Shown: one piece after another, positions 1-9,317 of the stretch
Position numbering within the stretch: the first letter of the stretch is position 1
Layout: the number at the start of each line of letters is the position of its first letter
Assembly (NCBI GenBank): GCA_965223545.1
Contig: OZ245006.1
Location: forward strand, 2,624,001-2,688,000
Source: Planctomycetota bacterium
GTDB taxonomy: Bacteria > Planctomycetota > UBA1135 > UBA2386
Reading direction: 5' to 3'
DNA length: 64,000 nt
The notes under the pieces: generated by a model
The model's database searches: none
The model's input: only the letters and a program-made list of their open reading frames with translations
Told to the model about the DNA's origin: nothing
Position numbers and translations under genes: made by a program

Positions 1-213
1 GCGCGCCCGGCGCTCGCCGTTGACCATGAACCCGGTCGTGCCCTTGGCAGCGATCGCCAGGAACCCGGACGCCGCGCGCTGCACCACGAGCTGGTGCGGC
101 GCCAGCGCAGCCACCCGGACATCGGCGTCCACCGCGCTGCCGACGATCGCGCGCCCGCCCACCGGCACGCGCTCCACCGCCCCGCCGGGCCGCCGGATCA
201 CCAGCTGCGACAT
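1..213 (-). CDS. FHA-like domain protein, N-terminal part (runs off the window start)
   Basis: Not in the ORF track. Manual translation from ATG at 213 gives MSQLVIRRPGGAVERVPVGGRAIVGSAVDADVRV...GTTGFMVNGERRAR, with FHA-like 'IVGS..DADV' and 'G..VNG' motifs. Confidence 0.6.
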   Translation of the reverse strand, partial: MSQLVIRRPGGAVERVPVGGRAIVGSAVDADVRVAALAPHQLVVQRAASGFLAIAAKGTTGFMVNGERRAR

Positions 214-235
214 GCCCTGAATTGTCACCAATCGG

Positions 236-269
236 AAGTACCGAGTCAGACTCGATTTTCTCACTTCGC
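236..269 (+). repeat. REP-like repeat family A, copy 1
   Basis: AAGTACCGAGTCAGACTCGATTTTCTCACTTCGC, matching copies at 1630, 30741 and 50353. Confidence 0.85.
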
Positions 270-344
270 ACCCCGCACCCCGCGCATTCGATGGAGCGTC
301 GCCGACGCCCTGGTGAGCCAGAGCGGCCCGTCTAGAATGCCCGC

Positions 345-737
345 GTGCACACGCCTGACGAACCTCCGGTCGAGCCGCCCCGCCGCCGACGGCGCGTGGA
401 CTTGGGCGTCGTTCTGTTCGTCGTGGTCGTCGCCGCCCTGCCGTTGCTGGCCTGGCAACTCTACCGGGCAATCCAAGACACCCCGTCCCAGGCCGCCGCG
501 ACGACCGAGGACGCACCTGCCCCCGGCACACTCAGCCGGCGTGCGCAACGCCGCCTCGCCGCGGTCGACGCCGAGATCGGCCGGTTGGAAGAACAGCTGG
601 AGCGCGCCCGCATGGAGGCGGCGAGTAGCGGGGATCGACGCTGGCTCGGGACCATCGATGATCTGCGCGAACAGCTCACGCAGGCCGCGGAACGCCGCGC
701 GACCGTCTTGGCCGAGGCCGGACACTCACCGCAGTGA
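345..737 (+). CDS. Hypothetical membrane protein (one TM helix plus coiled coil)
   Basis: GTG start, hydrophobic LGVVLFVVVVAALPLLAW segment, GTGA overlap with the next gene. Confidence 0.6.
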   Translation: MHTPDEPPVEPPRRRRRVDLGVVLFVVVVAALPLLAWQLYRAIQDTPSQAAATTEDAPAPGTLSRRAQRRLAAVDAEIGRLEEQLERARMEAASSGDRRWLGTIDDLREQLTQAAERRATVLAEAGHSPQ

Positions 738-1621
738 GCGCGGCCGCTGAGAGTCGCCGCGCCGAGGCGCGCCACTGTGTGCTCGCAACGTGCGCAGCTG
801 CGCCGGACATCACCGCGGACGACCGGCTGCTGGCCACCGCGCTCGAGCGCCGCGGCATCTCGACGAGCGGCCGACCCTGGTCCGACGCGAGCTTCGACTG
901 GAGCCGGGTGGACGCGGTGGTCGTCCGTTCGGTTTGGGACTACCACCGCCGGCCGGACGAGTATCGATCCTGGCTCGCGCAGCTCGAACGCGCCGGCGTC
1001 GCGGTGCACAACCCGACGGCCTTGCAGCGCTGGAACCTGCACAAGGGCTATCTCCGCGAGCTCGCGGCACGGGGCTTCCCGGTGGTCCCCACCGATTGGC
1101 TGGCCGCCGGCGAGCACGGCGTGTTGCGCGAGATCCTGCGCACACGCCAATGGGCGCGGGCAGTGGTCAAGCCCGCCATCTCGCTCAGCGCGGATCGAAC
1201 GTGGCGCTGCACTCCGGAAACCGCCGCTGAGGTCGTCGCGTCGATGCACGCCGCGGGCGACCGCGACTGGATGGTGCAGCCGTATCTGGAGGAGATCGAG
1301 ACCGAGGGTGAGTGGTCCTTGGTCTACTTTGCCGGGGAGTTCAGCCACTCCGTGCGCAAGACGCCGGCGCGCGGCGACTTTCGCGTGCAGGGCGAGCACG
1401 GCGGCACGGTCCACACCGAGCTCTCGCCGGCCGCGGCCCGGCGCGCCGCCGACGCGATCGTCGCCCACGCTGCGCCGGCGGCCGCCTTCGCGCGCGTCGA
1501 CGGCGTACACGCCGGAGGCCGGTTCTTGCTGATGGAGCTCGAGGTCATCGACCCCGAGCTGTTTCTGCACCGTTCCACCGGTGCGGCCGAACGGATGGCC
1601 GCTGCGGTGTCGGCCTTCTGA
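734..1621 (+). CDS. ATP-grasp protein (RimK/glutathione synthetase-like)
   Basis: RSVWDY, WNLHKGYL, VVKPAIS, VQPYL..GEWSL, ARVD, MELEVIDPELF motifs. Confidence 0.85.
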   Translation: MSAAAESRRAEARHCVLATCAAAPDITADDRLLATALERRGISTSGRPWSDASFDWSRVDAVVVRSVWDYHRRPDEYRSWLAQLERAGVAVHNPTALQRWNLHKGYLRELAARGFPVVPTDWLAAGEHGVLREILRTRQWARAVVKPAISLSADRTWRCTPETAAEVVASMHAAGDRDWMVQPYLEEIETEGEWSLVYFAGEFSHSVRKTPARGDFRVQGEHGGTVHTELSPAAARRAADAIVAHAAPAAAFARVDGVHAGGRFLLMELEVIDPELFLHRSTGAAERMAAAVSAF

Positions 1622-1629
1622 CGCGCGGC

Positions 1630-1663
1630 GCGAAGCGAGAAAATCGAGTCAGACACCGTACTT
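1630..1663 (-). repeat. REP-like repeat family A, copy 2
   Basis: Reverse complement is AAGTACGGTGTCTGACTCGATTTTCTCGCTTCGC; intergenic. Confidence 0.85.
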
Positions 1664-1712
1664 CCGCGGTTTGGCGCAACGGTGGAGGGGGGTTCGCATA
1701 ATTCGAAACGCG

Positions 1713-4700
1713 GTGCCTTTGTCGCTCGAGGAGCTGTTCGCTGCGTTTCAGGACTCGGCCGATCCCGAGGTGTTGGGCCAGGTGTACGACCGCGCGGCGC
1801 CGCGGCTGCTGCGCGCCGCGGTGCATCTCAGCGCATCGAGCGGTGCGGCCGAAGATCTGCTGCAAGCGACGTTCGTCGCCGCCATCGAGCAGCGCGATCG
1901 CTACGAACGCGATCGGCCGCTGATGCCGTGGCTGCTGGGGATCATGACCAACCAGGCTCGCCTGCGGCGGGCGCGCGAACGGCGCAGGCCGGATCCATCG
2001 CGGCTGCCGGCGGCGGGCACTCGGGATCCGGCGGAGGCCGCGGCGGGGCTCGAGTTCAGCGAGGCCGTCGACGACGCCATCGCCAAGCTCCCGGCTTGGC
2101 AGCAGCCGGTCCTGGTGCTGCACCTGCGCCACGGCCTCGCCCCGGTGGACATCGCCCACGCCCTGCGACGCTCGCCCAACACGGTGCGCTCGCAGCTCGC
2201 GCGCGGACTGCGGCGGCTGCGCCAGTCGCTGCCGACGGCGCTCGGCACGGCGCTCACCTCCGGCGTGCTCACCGAGCGCGGACTGGCCGCCGTGCGCACG
2301 GCCATCCTCACGCACGCCAGTGCGGGCGCGACGCTGACCACGGCCGGCGCGACCACCGTCTCCACTCTGCTGATCGGAACCCTGCTCATGAAGAAAGTCG
2401 TGCTGGCGATCACCGCGATCGGCGTCAGTGCCGCGGTTTGGATCTTGGCCTCTCCCACCCCCTCGCCGCCGATCGGCAATGATCCCGCCGGCGCAATCGC
2501 GCCACCGCGAGTGCAGGAGCCGGCCGCAACCGAGAGCCCGCGCCCCACACCGCGGCCGACCGCCGGTCACCAAGACCGCGTCGCGCTGCCGGAGACCGCT
2601 CGGGCTGCCGCCGGCGATGCCGAGAACGCCACACCGGTGCTGCGCGGTTTGGTGCGGTGGTCCGACGGAGCCGCTGCTGCCGGCGTCCTCGTGCGCTGCG
2701 AGCGCATCGCGAGCGACGCGATGGAGGAGTACACGCCGACCGCCACCAGCGACGCGGAGGGCCGGTTCGAGTTTCCACCGGTGCCGGCGGGCAGCTATCG
2801 GCTCGTCGCCGACCGCGGCGCGCAGCGCGTGGCCACCGTCGCCGACACCCCACTCGAACCCGTGGTGCTCACGTTGGCGCGCGGCTGCGAAGTCATCGGC
2901 GAAGTGCGCAACCCCGATGGCGCTCCGGTCGCCAACGCGCGCATCTGGCTCTCGGTGCGCTACCAGACCGAGGACGGCGCGGTGATCGCGCGCACCGACG
3001 CGAGCGGCCGGTTCGTCGCGCGCGACGTGCCCAACAAGCACTACATCGGTGCGCGCGCAGCGGGGCACCGGCCCTCGCCGCTGCACTTCGTCGACGCCGA
3101 GCCGGGCACGCAACGCTCGTACGAGCTGATCGTGCAGCCCGGCGCGGCGTCGGTCACCGGCGCGGTCCTCGACCACACCGGCCAACCGGTGGCCAACGCC
3201 ATCGTGCGCGGCGCGCCGGCCGGGGCGCCTCCCTGGCGTCAATCGAGCGCCGGGATCTCGGTCGGCTGGGCACCGGTGCGCACCCACAGCGACGGACGCG
3301 GGGCCTTCGAGCTGGGCGACCTCGGCACCGGGGTCGTCGTGATCCAAGTGCGAGCGCCCGGCTACGCCACGTTTCGACAAGAGCTGACCCTGGCCGCGGG
3401 CGCGCGGGCTCACTTGACCGCGCAGCTCGTCGCGCCGGCGAGCATCACCGGCAGGGTGACCGATCCCGACGGCGCCGCGTTGTCGGGACTCTGGATGCGC
3501 ACCGGCCGCAGCTGGACCCAGTTCGACCGCACGATGGCGATGACCGATGAGAACGGCGAGTTCACGCTGCGCGACGTGACGCCGGGTGAGGTGGTCGCGG
3601 CGGTCACGCGCGACGGCTACGTCGTCGCCGAGACCACGCTGCAGCTCGTCGCCGGCCAGACCGCTCGGTGGGACCCCCGCGTCGTCCCGCGGCCCCGCGT
3701 TCTGGGCCGCGTCATCGACACGGCCCGCCGGCCCCTCAGCGGTTGGACCGCGACGCTGATCGCCGACAACCGCTTCGTCGGGCGGGCGGTCACCGACGAG
3801 GACGGTCTGTTCGCCATCGCCTCGAACGAGGGACGCCGCCACCGGCTGCGCATCGGCCCCGGCGAGCTGGGCAAGGGCGTCACGGTGGTCGAGGAAGACG
3901 ACATCGAGACATCGACCTCGGTGCGCGACTTCGTGGTGCCGCTCGACCGCCTGCCGACGAGCACGCTGCGGGGCCGGATCGTCGGGCCCAGCGGCACACC
4001 GGTCGGCGAAGCGCTGGTCTTGGTCGGTGGACACGACCGGCGTGGGGTCGTCAACCTGCGCACCGATGCCGATGGGCGTTTCGCCGCCAAGCAGATCTCC
4101 GCCGGCCAGTACTGGGTCTCGGTGCAACCGGACGACCTGCCTTGGCACCGGATCGCGACAGTCTCGGTGGCGCCGACCTCGACCCTCGATCTCGGCGACA
4201 TCGAGCTCGGGCTCGGCGGGCGCGTCGAGGGCACGGTCGCCGCCGCCGACCAGAGCCCGATCCCCGACCTCCGACTGTCCGTCGCCGACCCGAACGGCGT
4301 CGCGCAAGGCAACGTGGTCGTCGACGGCAGCCACTTTCGCAGCTCGGTGCTGGCACCGGGGGAGTACACGCTGCTGGTGCAGGGGCCGGGCATCGCGCGC
4401 GCACGACACCCGTTCGCCATCCACACCGATCAGACCACGAAGCTGACGATCACCCCGACCCCCGGCGTCGAGTGTACCGTGCGCGCGCAGCTCCCGGACG
4501 CATCGGCAACGCCGCAGTGGGTCGCGATGACCGTGTTTCGCGAGCGCGAAGTGATGGGCGGCGGCATCCTGCAGCGATTGCCGGACGGCGTCTACGAGAT
4601 CGACGCCTGGCTGGCACCCGGGACCTATCGCGTCATGGTCGGCACCGACGGCCAGGCATTCAGCGGCAGCGGAGACCTGACCGTGCGGGCGGGGCACCCT

Positions 4701-4736
4701 GCCGTCGTCGAGATCGTGCTGCGCGCCGGCAGGTGA
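1713..4736 (+). CDS. ECF sigma-70 factor fused to a TM segment and multiple carboxypeptidase-regulatory-like domains
   Basis: AEDLLQATF and PWLLGI (sigma2), TVRSQLARGL (sigma4), then repeated 'G.V.D.DG.PV..A' and 'TD..G.F' units; GTG 1713 chosen as start. Confidence 0.85.
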   Translation: MPLSLEELFAAFQDSADPEVLGQVYDRAAPRLLRAAVHLSASSGAAEDLLQATFVAAIEQRDRYERDRPLMPWLLGIMTNQARLRRARERRRPDPSRLPAAGTRDPAEAAAGLEFSEAVDDAIAKLPAWQQPVLVLHLRHGLAPVDIAHALRRSPNTVRSQLARGLRRLRQSLPTALGTALTSGVLTERGLAAVRTAILTHASAGATLTTAGATTVSTLLIGTLLMKKVVLAITAIGVSAAVWILASPTPSPPIGNDPAGAIAPPRVQEPAATESPRPTPRPTAGHQDRVALPETARAAAGDAENATPVLRGLVRWSDGAAAAGVLVRCERIASDAMEEYTPTATSDAEGRFEFPPVPAGSYRLVADRGAQRVATVADTPLEPVVLTLARGCEVIGEVRNPDGAPVANARIWLSVRYQTEDGAVIARTDASGRFVARDVPNKHYIGARAAGHRPSPLHFVDAEPGTQRSYELIVQPGAASVTGAVLDHTGQPVANAIVRGAPAGAPPWRQSSAGISVGWAPVRTHSDGRGAFELGDLGTGVVVIQVRAPGYATFRQELTLAAGARAHLTAQLVAPASITGRVTDPDGAALSGLWMRTGRSWTQFDRTMAMTDENGEFTLRDVTPGEVVAAVTRDGYVVAETTLQLVAGQTARWDPRVVPRPRVLGRVIDTARRPLSGWTATLIADNRFVGRAVTDEDGLFAIASNEGRRHRLRIGPGELGKGVTVVEEDDIETSTSVRDFVVPLDRLPTSTLRGRIVGPSGTPVGEALVLVGGHDRRGVVNLRTDADGRFAAKQISAGQYWVSVQPDDLPWHRIATVSVAPTSTLDLGDIELGLGGRVEGTVAAADQSPIPDLRLSVADPNGVAQGNVVVDGSHFRSSVLAPGEYTLLVQGPGIARARHPFAIHTDQTTKLTITPTPGVECTVRAQLPDASATPQWVAMTVFREREVMGGGILQRLPDGVYEIDAWLAPGTYRVMVGTDGQAFSGSGDLTVRAGHPAVVEIVLRAGR

Positions 4737-4750
4737 ACCGCCGTCCGCGT

Positions 4751-6217
4751 CTACTCCCGCAGTCGCACTGCCGTGCCACGAAACTCACCGCGCTGGAGCG
4801 CCGTACGATCCAGCGCGGCGAGGTGCTCGCGCGCCCAGCGGCCGACGAAGCCCATCGCCTCGTCCGACAGAGCGCGCAGCGCGCTGTCGGTGAACAGGTA
4901 GACGTTGCCCGACGCCGAGGCCGTGCGCAGCAGCCCATCGAAGTAGCCACAGAGGGCGCCGTAGGCCGCGTCCTCGCCGGCCGGCGCAAAAGTGCGGCGC
5001 ACGGCCTGCGCGAACTCGGCCGCGTTGACCCAGGCGACGCCGGCATCGACGCGCATCACCGCGCGCCCTTCCTCGACGTCGCCAAACACGACCACCGGCC
5101 GCTCCGGCGCCACCGCCGCCATCAGGTCGACGGCGTAGCGATCCGGGTGACCCGGCCGGTCATGACCGACGACCAGGGCGACGGCCAAAGCCGCAGCCAA
5201 GACCACCGCGGCCCATCCCCTCCAGCCGACGGCGAGCCGCGCCACGATCAGCGCCGCCGGCCAGAGCAAGGGCATGGTGTAGGCGCCCCGCTCGACCGTG
5301 CCGAAGTGGATCAGCAACACCGACAGCACGCCGAGATAGAACAGGACCGATCCCAACACGACCGCGGCGAGAACGCGCCAGCTCCGCTCGGCGAACCCGA
5401 GCAGAAACCACAGCGACACCGGTGCATAGGCCAGCAACCACTCGTGCACGACGATCGCGCCGTACTGCGCGGGCCCGCCCAGGGTCAAGCTGTCGACCAG
5501 CATCGCCGCCTGGCCTTGCAAGGGCGCGTCGCCGCCGGCCGCCGGCTGCAGCAGCGCCGACAGCAGCAGCACCTCGGTGGCGTGCGCGACGGCAGCTCCG
5601 GCCCAGCAAGCAGCGGTCGACGACCAGGACCACCGCCGGTGACCGCCCGCTCCCCACCACACTGCCGCGGCGAGCGGCAGCAACAGGTGGCCGGTGGCGT
5701 GGACGCTGCCGGCGAGACCGCTACACAAACCGACGGCGGCGACGCGCGCCGCGGACGGCCGTGCCACGGCGCGCGCCACACACCACCACGCACCGCCGAC
5801 GAAGAGAAAGAAGACCCCGTGCACCTCGACCACCGTGGCGAAGAACACGACCGCCGGTGCCGCCGCGCACAGCGCAGCCAGCAAGCCGGCCGCCCCCCGG
5901 GCCAGGCCGAGCGCGCGGGCTGCGGCATGGTGTAGACCGACGCCGACGGCCGCGCACGCCGCGGAGGCGAGCCGGGCCGCCTCGAACACCGACAGGTCCG
6001 GCAGCGCACGGACGAACGCGTGCGCGATCGGCAGGTAGAGAAAGTGGTAGCGATGCTCGGTGTCGCCGCGCCCCAAACGCTGCAAGAACTCGTGCACATC
6101 GACGCCGTGGAACGCGCGTTGGCCGAGCGCTGCGTAGACGACACCCGCAACCGCGGCGATCCACACGGCATCCCACCACGGAGTCGCGTGGTGCCGCGTA
6201 CTCGAGCCGGGGCTCAC
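4751..6217 (-). CDS. Polytopic membrane protein, possibly GT-C glycosyltransferase-like
   Basis: About 10 hydrophobic segments, H.LY motif near the N-terminus, coupled to the upstream gene. Confidence 0.6.
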   Translation of the reverse strand: MSPGSSTRHHATPWWDAVWIAAVAGVVYAALGQRAFHGVDVHEFLQRLGRGDTEHRYHFLYLPIAHAFVRALPDLSVFEAARLASAACAAVGVGLHHAAARALGLARGAAGLLAALCAAAPAVVFFATVVEVHGVFFLFVGGAWWCVARAVARPSAARVAAVGLCSGLAGSVHATGHLLLPLAAAVWWGAGGHRRWSWSSTAACWAGAAVAHATEVLLLSALLQPAAGGDAPLQGQAAMLVDSLTLGGPAQYGAIVVHEWLLAYAPVSLWFLLGFAERSWRVLAAVVLGSVLFYLGVLSVLLIHFGTVERGAYTMPLLWPAALIVARLAVGWRGWAAVVLAAALAVALVVGHDRPGHPDRYAVDLMAAVAPERPVVVFGDVEEGRAVMRVDAGVAWVNAAEFAQAVRRTFAPAGEDAAYGALCGYFDGLLRTASASGNVYLFTDSALRALSDEAMGFVGRWAREHLAALDRTALQRGEFRGTAVRLRE

Positions 6218-7098
6218 AGATCCTTCGGTTCGATCACCGGTCCATCACATAGCGCCGACAACCGTTGGATCTCGTTCTGCAGCTGCCGCACGTTGCCGGG
6301 CCACGGTTTGCCGCGCAGCACGTCGGCCGCGGCGTCGCCGAGCCGCAGCGCGCGGCCGCTGCGCTCGTTGGCCAGCGCCAGGAAGTAGCGCGCCAGGATC
6401 ACGATGTCCTCGCCGCGCTCGCGCAACGGCGGCAGCTCGAGTTGTAGGACGTTGATGCGATAGAACAGATCCTCGCGAAACTCACCGGCGGCCACCATCT
6501 CTTCGAGGTTCTTGTTGGTCGCGGCGACGACGCGCACATCGACACGGCGCACGCTGCTGCCGCCCACGGGCCGCACCTCGCCCTCCTGCAGCACGCGCAA
6601 GAGCTTGACCTGCATCGCGAGCGGCATGTCGCCGATCTCGTCCAGGAACAAGGTGCCCTTGTCCGCGGCGACGAAGTGCCCGGAGTGGTCGCGCACCGCG
6701 CCGGTGAAGGCGCCCTTGGTGTGGCCGAACAGCACCGACTCGAGCAGCGTCTCCGGAATCGCGGCGCAGTTCTCGCTGACGAACGGCTTGGCCGCGCGCG
6801 GGCCGAGATCGTGCAGGGCATGCGCGACCAGGTCCTTGCCGGTACCACTCTCGCCGCGAATCAACACGGGCGCGCTGGCGCCGGCGAACTTCTCGATCCT
6901 CGGCCGCAGAGCGACGAGCGCCTCGCACTCGCCGACGATGCCGTGCCACTGCGGCCACACGTCATCGCCTACCGACTCCTCGACTGCCAGCTGCGACAGC
7001 TGAGCCCGAATCCGCACCAACAAGTCTGCATCGCCGAGCGCAACCGCACGCCGCAGCAGCTGCTGCAGCTCCTCGAGAATCGCCTCGCTGTCGCTCAC
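6214..7098 (-). CDS. Sigma-54 enhancer-binding AAA+ protein lacking the C-terminal HTH
   Basis: GESGTGKD, ESVLFGH.KGAFTGA, FLDEIG, FREDLFYR, WPGNVRQL; GTG start overlaps the uvrD stop. Confidence 0.9.
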   Translation of the reverse strand: MSDSEAILEELQQLLRRAVALGDADLLVRIRAQLSQLAVEESVGDDVWPQWHGIVGECEALVALRPRIEKFAGASAPVLIRGESGTGKDLVAHALHDLGPRAAKPFVSENCAAIPETLLESVLFGHTKGAFTGAVRDHSGHFVAADKGTLFLDEIGDMPLAMQVKLLRVLQEGEVRPVGGSSVRRVDVRVVAATNKNLEEMVAAGEFREDLFYRINVLQLELPPLRERGEDIVILARYFLALANERSGRALRLGDAAADVLRGKPWPGNVRQLQNEIQRLSALCDGPVIEPKDL

Positions 7099-9257
7099 CA
7101 GTCGCCCTCCCAAGACACCACCCGGAGGCCGGCGTACTCGAGCAGGAGCTGCCGCTCGGCACCGTCGTCGAACAACACCGTGGCGCGCGCCTGCATGCCC
7201 CGGCCGTTGACCCGCAGAACGACCCCGCTGCCGTACTGCTCGTGCTGCACCCGGGCCTCGGGCCGGATCCCGGCCGCCGCCTCGCCATCGTCGTAGTCGT
7301 CCTCGAACTCCGGCTCCCAAGCGTGCCAGGCATCCGCGCGCGGTGCGCGCCGATCCAGGTGCTCGTCCGGGATCTCGGCGACGAACCGCGACTCGACTTG
7401 GTCGCGCTCATCGCCCTGCACCATGCGCCGGTCACTCCCGCTGAGGTGGACGGTCTTGCGGCCGCGTGTGATCGCCACGTACATCAGCCGGCGCTCCTCC
7501 TCGAGATCCCCTTGTTCCTCGGCCCGGCTGCTGGGAAACAAGCCGTCCTCCATCCCGATCAAGAAGACGTGGTCGAACTCCAACCCCTTGGCGGCATGGA
7601 TGGTCATCAGCGACACCGATGGTCCCTTGCCCGCGGCGCGGTCCGCCGAGGTCAGCAAGCTGATGTGCTCCAGATAGCCGGCCAAGCCCCCGGTCCGCCG
7701 CGTGTCGAAGTCGGCGGCGTCGGCGACCAGCTCTCCGATGTTCTCCTCTCGGGTCTGGTCCTGCGGATCGCCGAGGTTGCAGGCGTACTCGATGTAGTCG
7801 ATGCCATCGATCACCGCGCGTACCGCGTCCATACAGCCGACGTCGGCGGCGCGCTGCACTTGCAAGAACACGTCGCGCAGCTGTGCGAGTCCGCGCCGCG
7901 CCCCCTTCGGCGCCTCGGCGTGCAGCTCTTCGTCGACTACCAACTCGTACAGCGAACGTCCGTGCGAGGCCGCGAGCTGCTTGAGCTTGGCCAACGTCGC
8001 CACGCCGATCTTGCGTGGCGGGACATTGATGATGCGCTCCATGCTGACGTCGTCCAGCGGATTGACGACGGCGCGCAAGTAGGCGACCAAGTCCTTGATC
8101 TCCCGCCGCTCGAAGAACGTGAGACCACCGACCACGGAGTACGGCACACCAGCGCGGCGCAGCACCTCTTCGATCCCACGGCTCAGGTAGTGCGAGCGGT
8201 AGAACACGGCAATTTCCGCCGGCGACGCGCCATCGCGCACCAAGCGCTCGACTTTGCCACCGACCACGTCGTTCTCTTCGTACGGGTTGCCGAAGCGGTG
8301 ATATTCCAGCGGTGACCCGGCATCGTTGTCGGTGGTCAGGTCCCGCTCCAGGCGCTCGGTGTTGTGCACGATGACGCCCTGGGCCGCGCCCAGGATGTTC
8401 TGCGTCGAGCGGTAGTTCACCTCCAAGCGCACGGTGTGCACGTCGCCGAAGTGGTCGGCGAAGTCGAGGATGTTGCGGATCTCGGCGCCGCGGAACCGGT
8501 AGATGGACTGGTCGGGATCACCGACCACGCAGACGTTGCGGTGCACCGCGGCCAACCGACACACGAGCTCGTACTGCACGCGATTCGTGTCTTGGAACTC
8601 GTCGACGAGGATCCAGCGAAACCGCTCGGCATAGCGCTCCGCGACTTCGGGAATCAGCTCCAACAGGTCGAGGAACCGACCGATCAGATCGTCGAAGTCC
8701 ATCGCCCCGAGCTGCTGCATGCGCTGGATGTAGGGATCGAAGAGCTCGGCCGTCAGGGTCTGCACCGTCGGCCGTCCGACGTCGATCACCGTCTCGCGAT
8801 AGTCGGCGAGGCCGATCTGCAGATTCTTCATCCGCGAGATCTCCGCACCGATGTGCGACGGCTTGATCGGCGTCAGCGGCAACTGACGCTCCTGCATCAG
8901 CGCCTTGATGCAGCTGTCCCGGTCGTAGGTGTCGTAGATGGAGAAGTCGCGCGGGTAGCCCAGATAGTGCCCGTCCCGCCGCAGAAAGCGCGCACACGCC
9001 GAGTGGAACGTGGCCACGTGCACGCGACGCCCGCCGAGATCGAGCACACGACGCGCCATCTCGCCCGCCGCCTTGTTGGTGAAGGTCAGCGCCAGGATCG
9101 AATCGGAGGCGGCGCCGTCGCGCAGCAGGCGCGCGATGCGCCGCGTGATCACGCGCGTCTTGCCCGACCCCGCGCCGGCGATCACCATCATCGGGCCCTC
9201 GCCGTACTCGACGGCGGCACGCTGTGAGGGGTTCAGGTCGTCGAGAATCGGGTCCAT
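7095..9257 (-). CDS. pcrA: UvrD/PcrA ATP-dependent DNA helicase
   Basis: AGAGSGKT, TFTNKAA, DEFQDTN, VGDPDQSIY.FRGA, NYRST, TIHAAKGLEF, EERRLMYVAITR, C-terminal Tudor-like tail. Confidence 0.95.
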   Translation of the reverse strand: MDPILDDLNPSQRAAVEYGEGPMMVIAGAGSGKTRVITRRIARLLRDGAASDSILALTFTNKAAGEMARRVLDLGGRRVHVATFHSACARFLRRDGHYLGYPRDFSIYDTYDRDSCIKALMQERQLPLTPIKPSHIGAEISRMKNLQIGLADYRETVIDVGRPTVQTLTAELFDPYIQRMQQLGAMDFDDLIGRFLDLLELIPEVAERYAERFRWILVDEFQDTNRVQYELVCRLAAVHRNVCVVGDPDQSIYRFRGAEIRNILDFADHFGDVHTVRLEVNYRSTQNILGAAQGVIVHNTERLERDLTTDNDAGSPLEYHRFGNPYEENDVVGGKVERLVRDGASPAEIAVFYRSHYLSRGIEEVLRRAGVPYSVVGGLTFFERREIKDLVAYLRAVVNPLDDVSMERIINVPPRKIGVATLAKLKQLAASHGRSLYELVVDEELHAEAPKGARRGLAQLRDVFLQVQRAADVGCMDAVRAVIDGIDYIEYACNLGDPQDQTREENIGELVADAADFDTRRTGGLAGYLEHISLLTSADRAAGKGPSVSLMTIHAAKGLEFDHVFLIGMEDGLFPSSRAEEQGDLEEERRLMYVAITRGRKTVHLSGSDRRMVQGDERDQVESRFVAEIPDEHLDRRAPRADAWHAWEPEFEDDYDDGEAAAGIRPEARVQHEQYGSGVVLRVNGRGMQARATVLFDDGAERQLLLEYAGLRVVSWEGDW

Positions 9258-9317
9258 GCTGCGCGCCGGATCGTAGCGCCTGCGGCCGGGGAAGGCCCGG
9301 CCCGCGCAGGCGCTCGT

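Noticed and set aside
1545..4697. 1050-aa minus-strand ORF
   Set aside because: Antisense shadow of the ECF fusion gene; no motifs, expected at high GC
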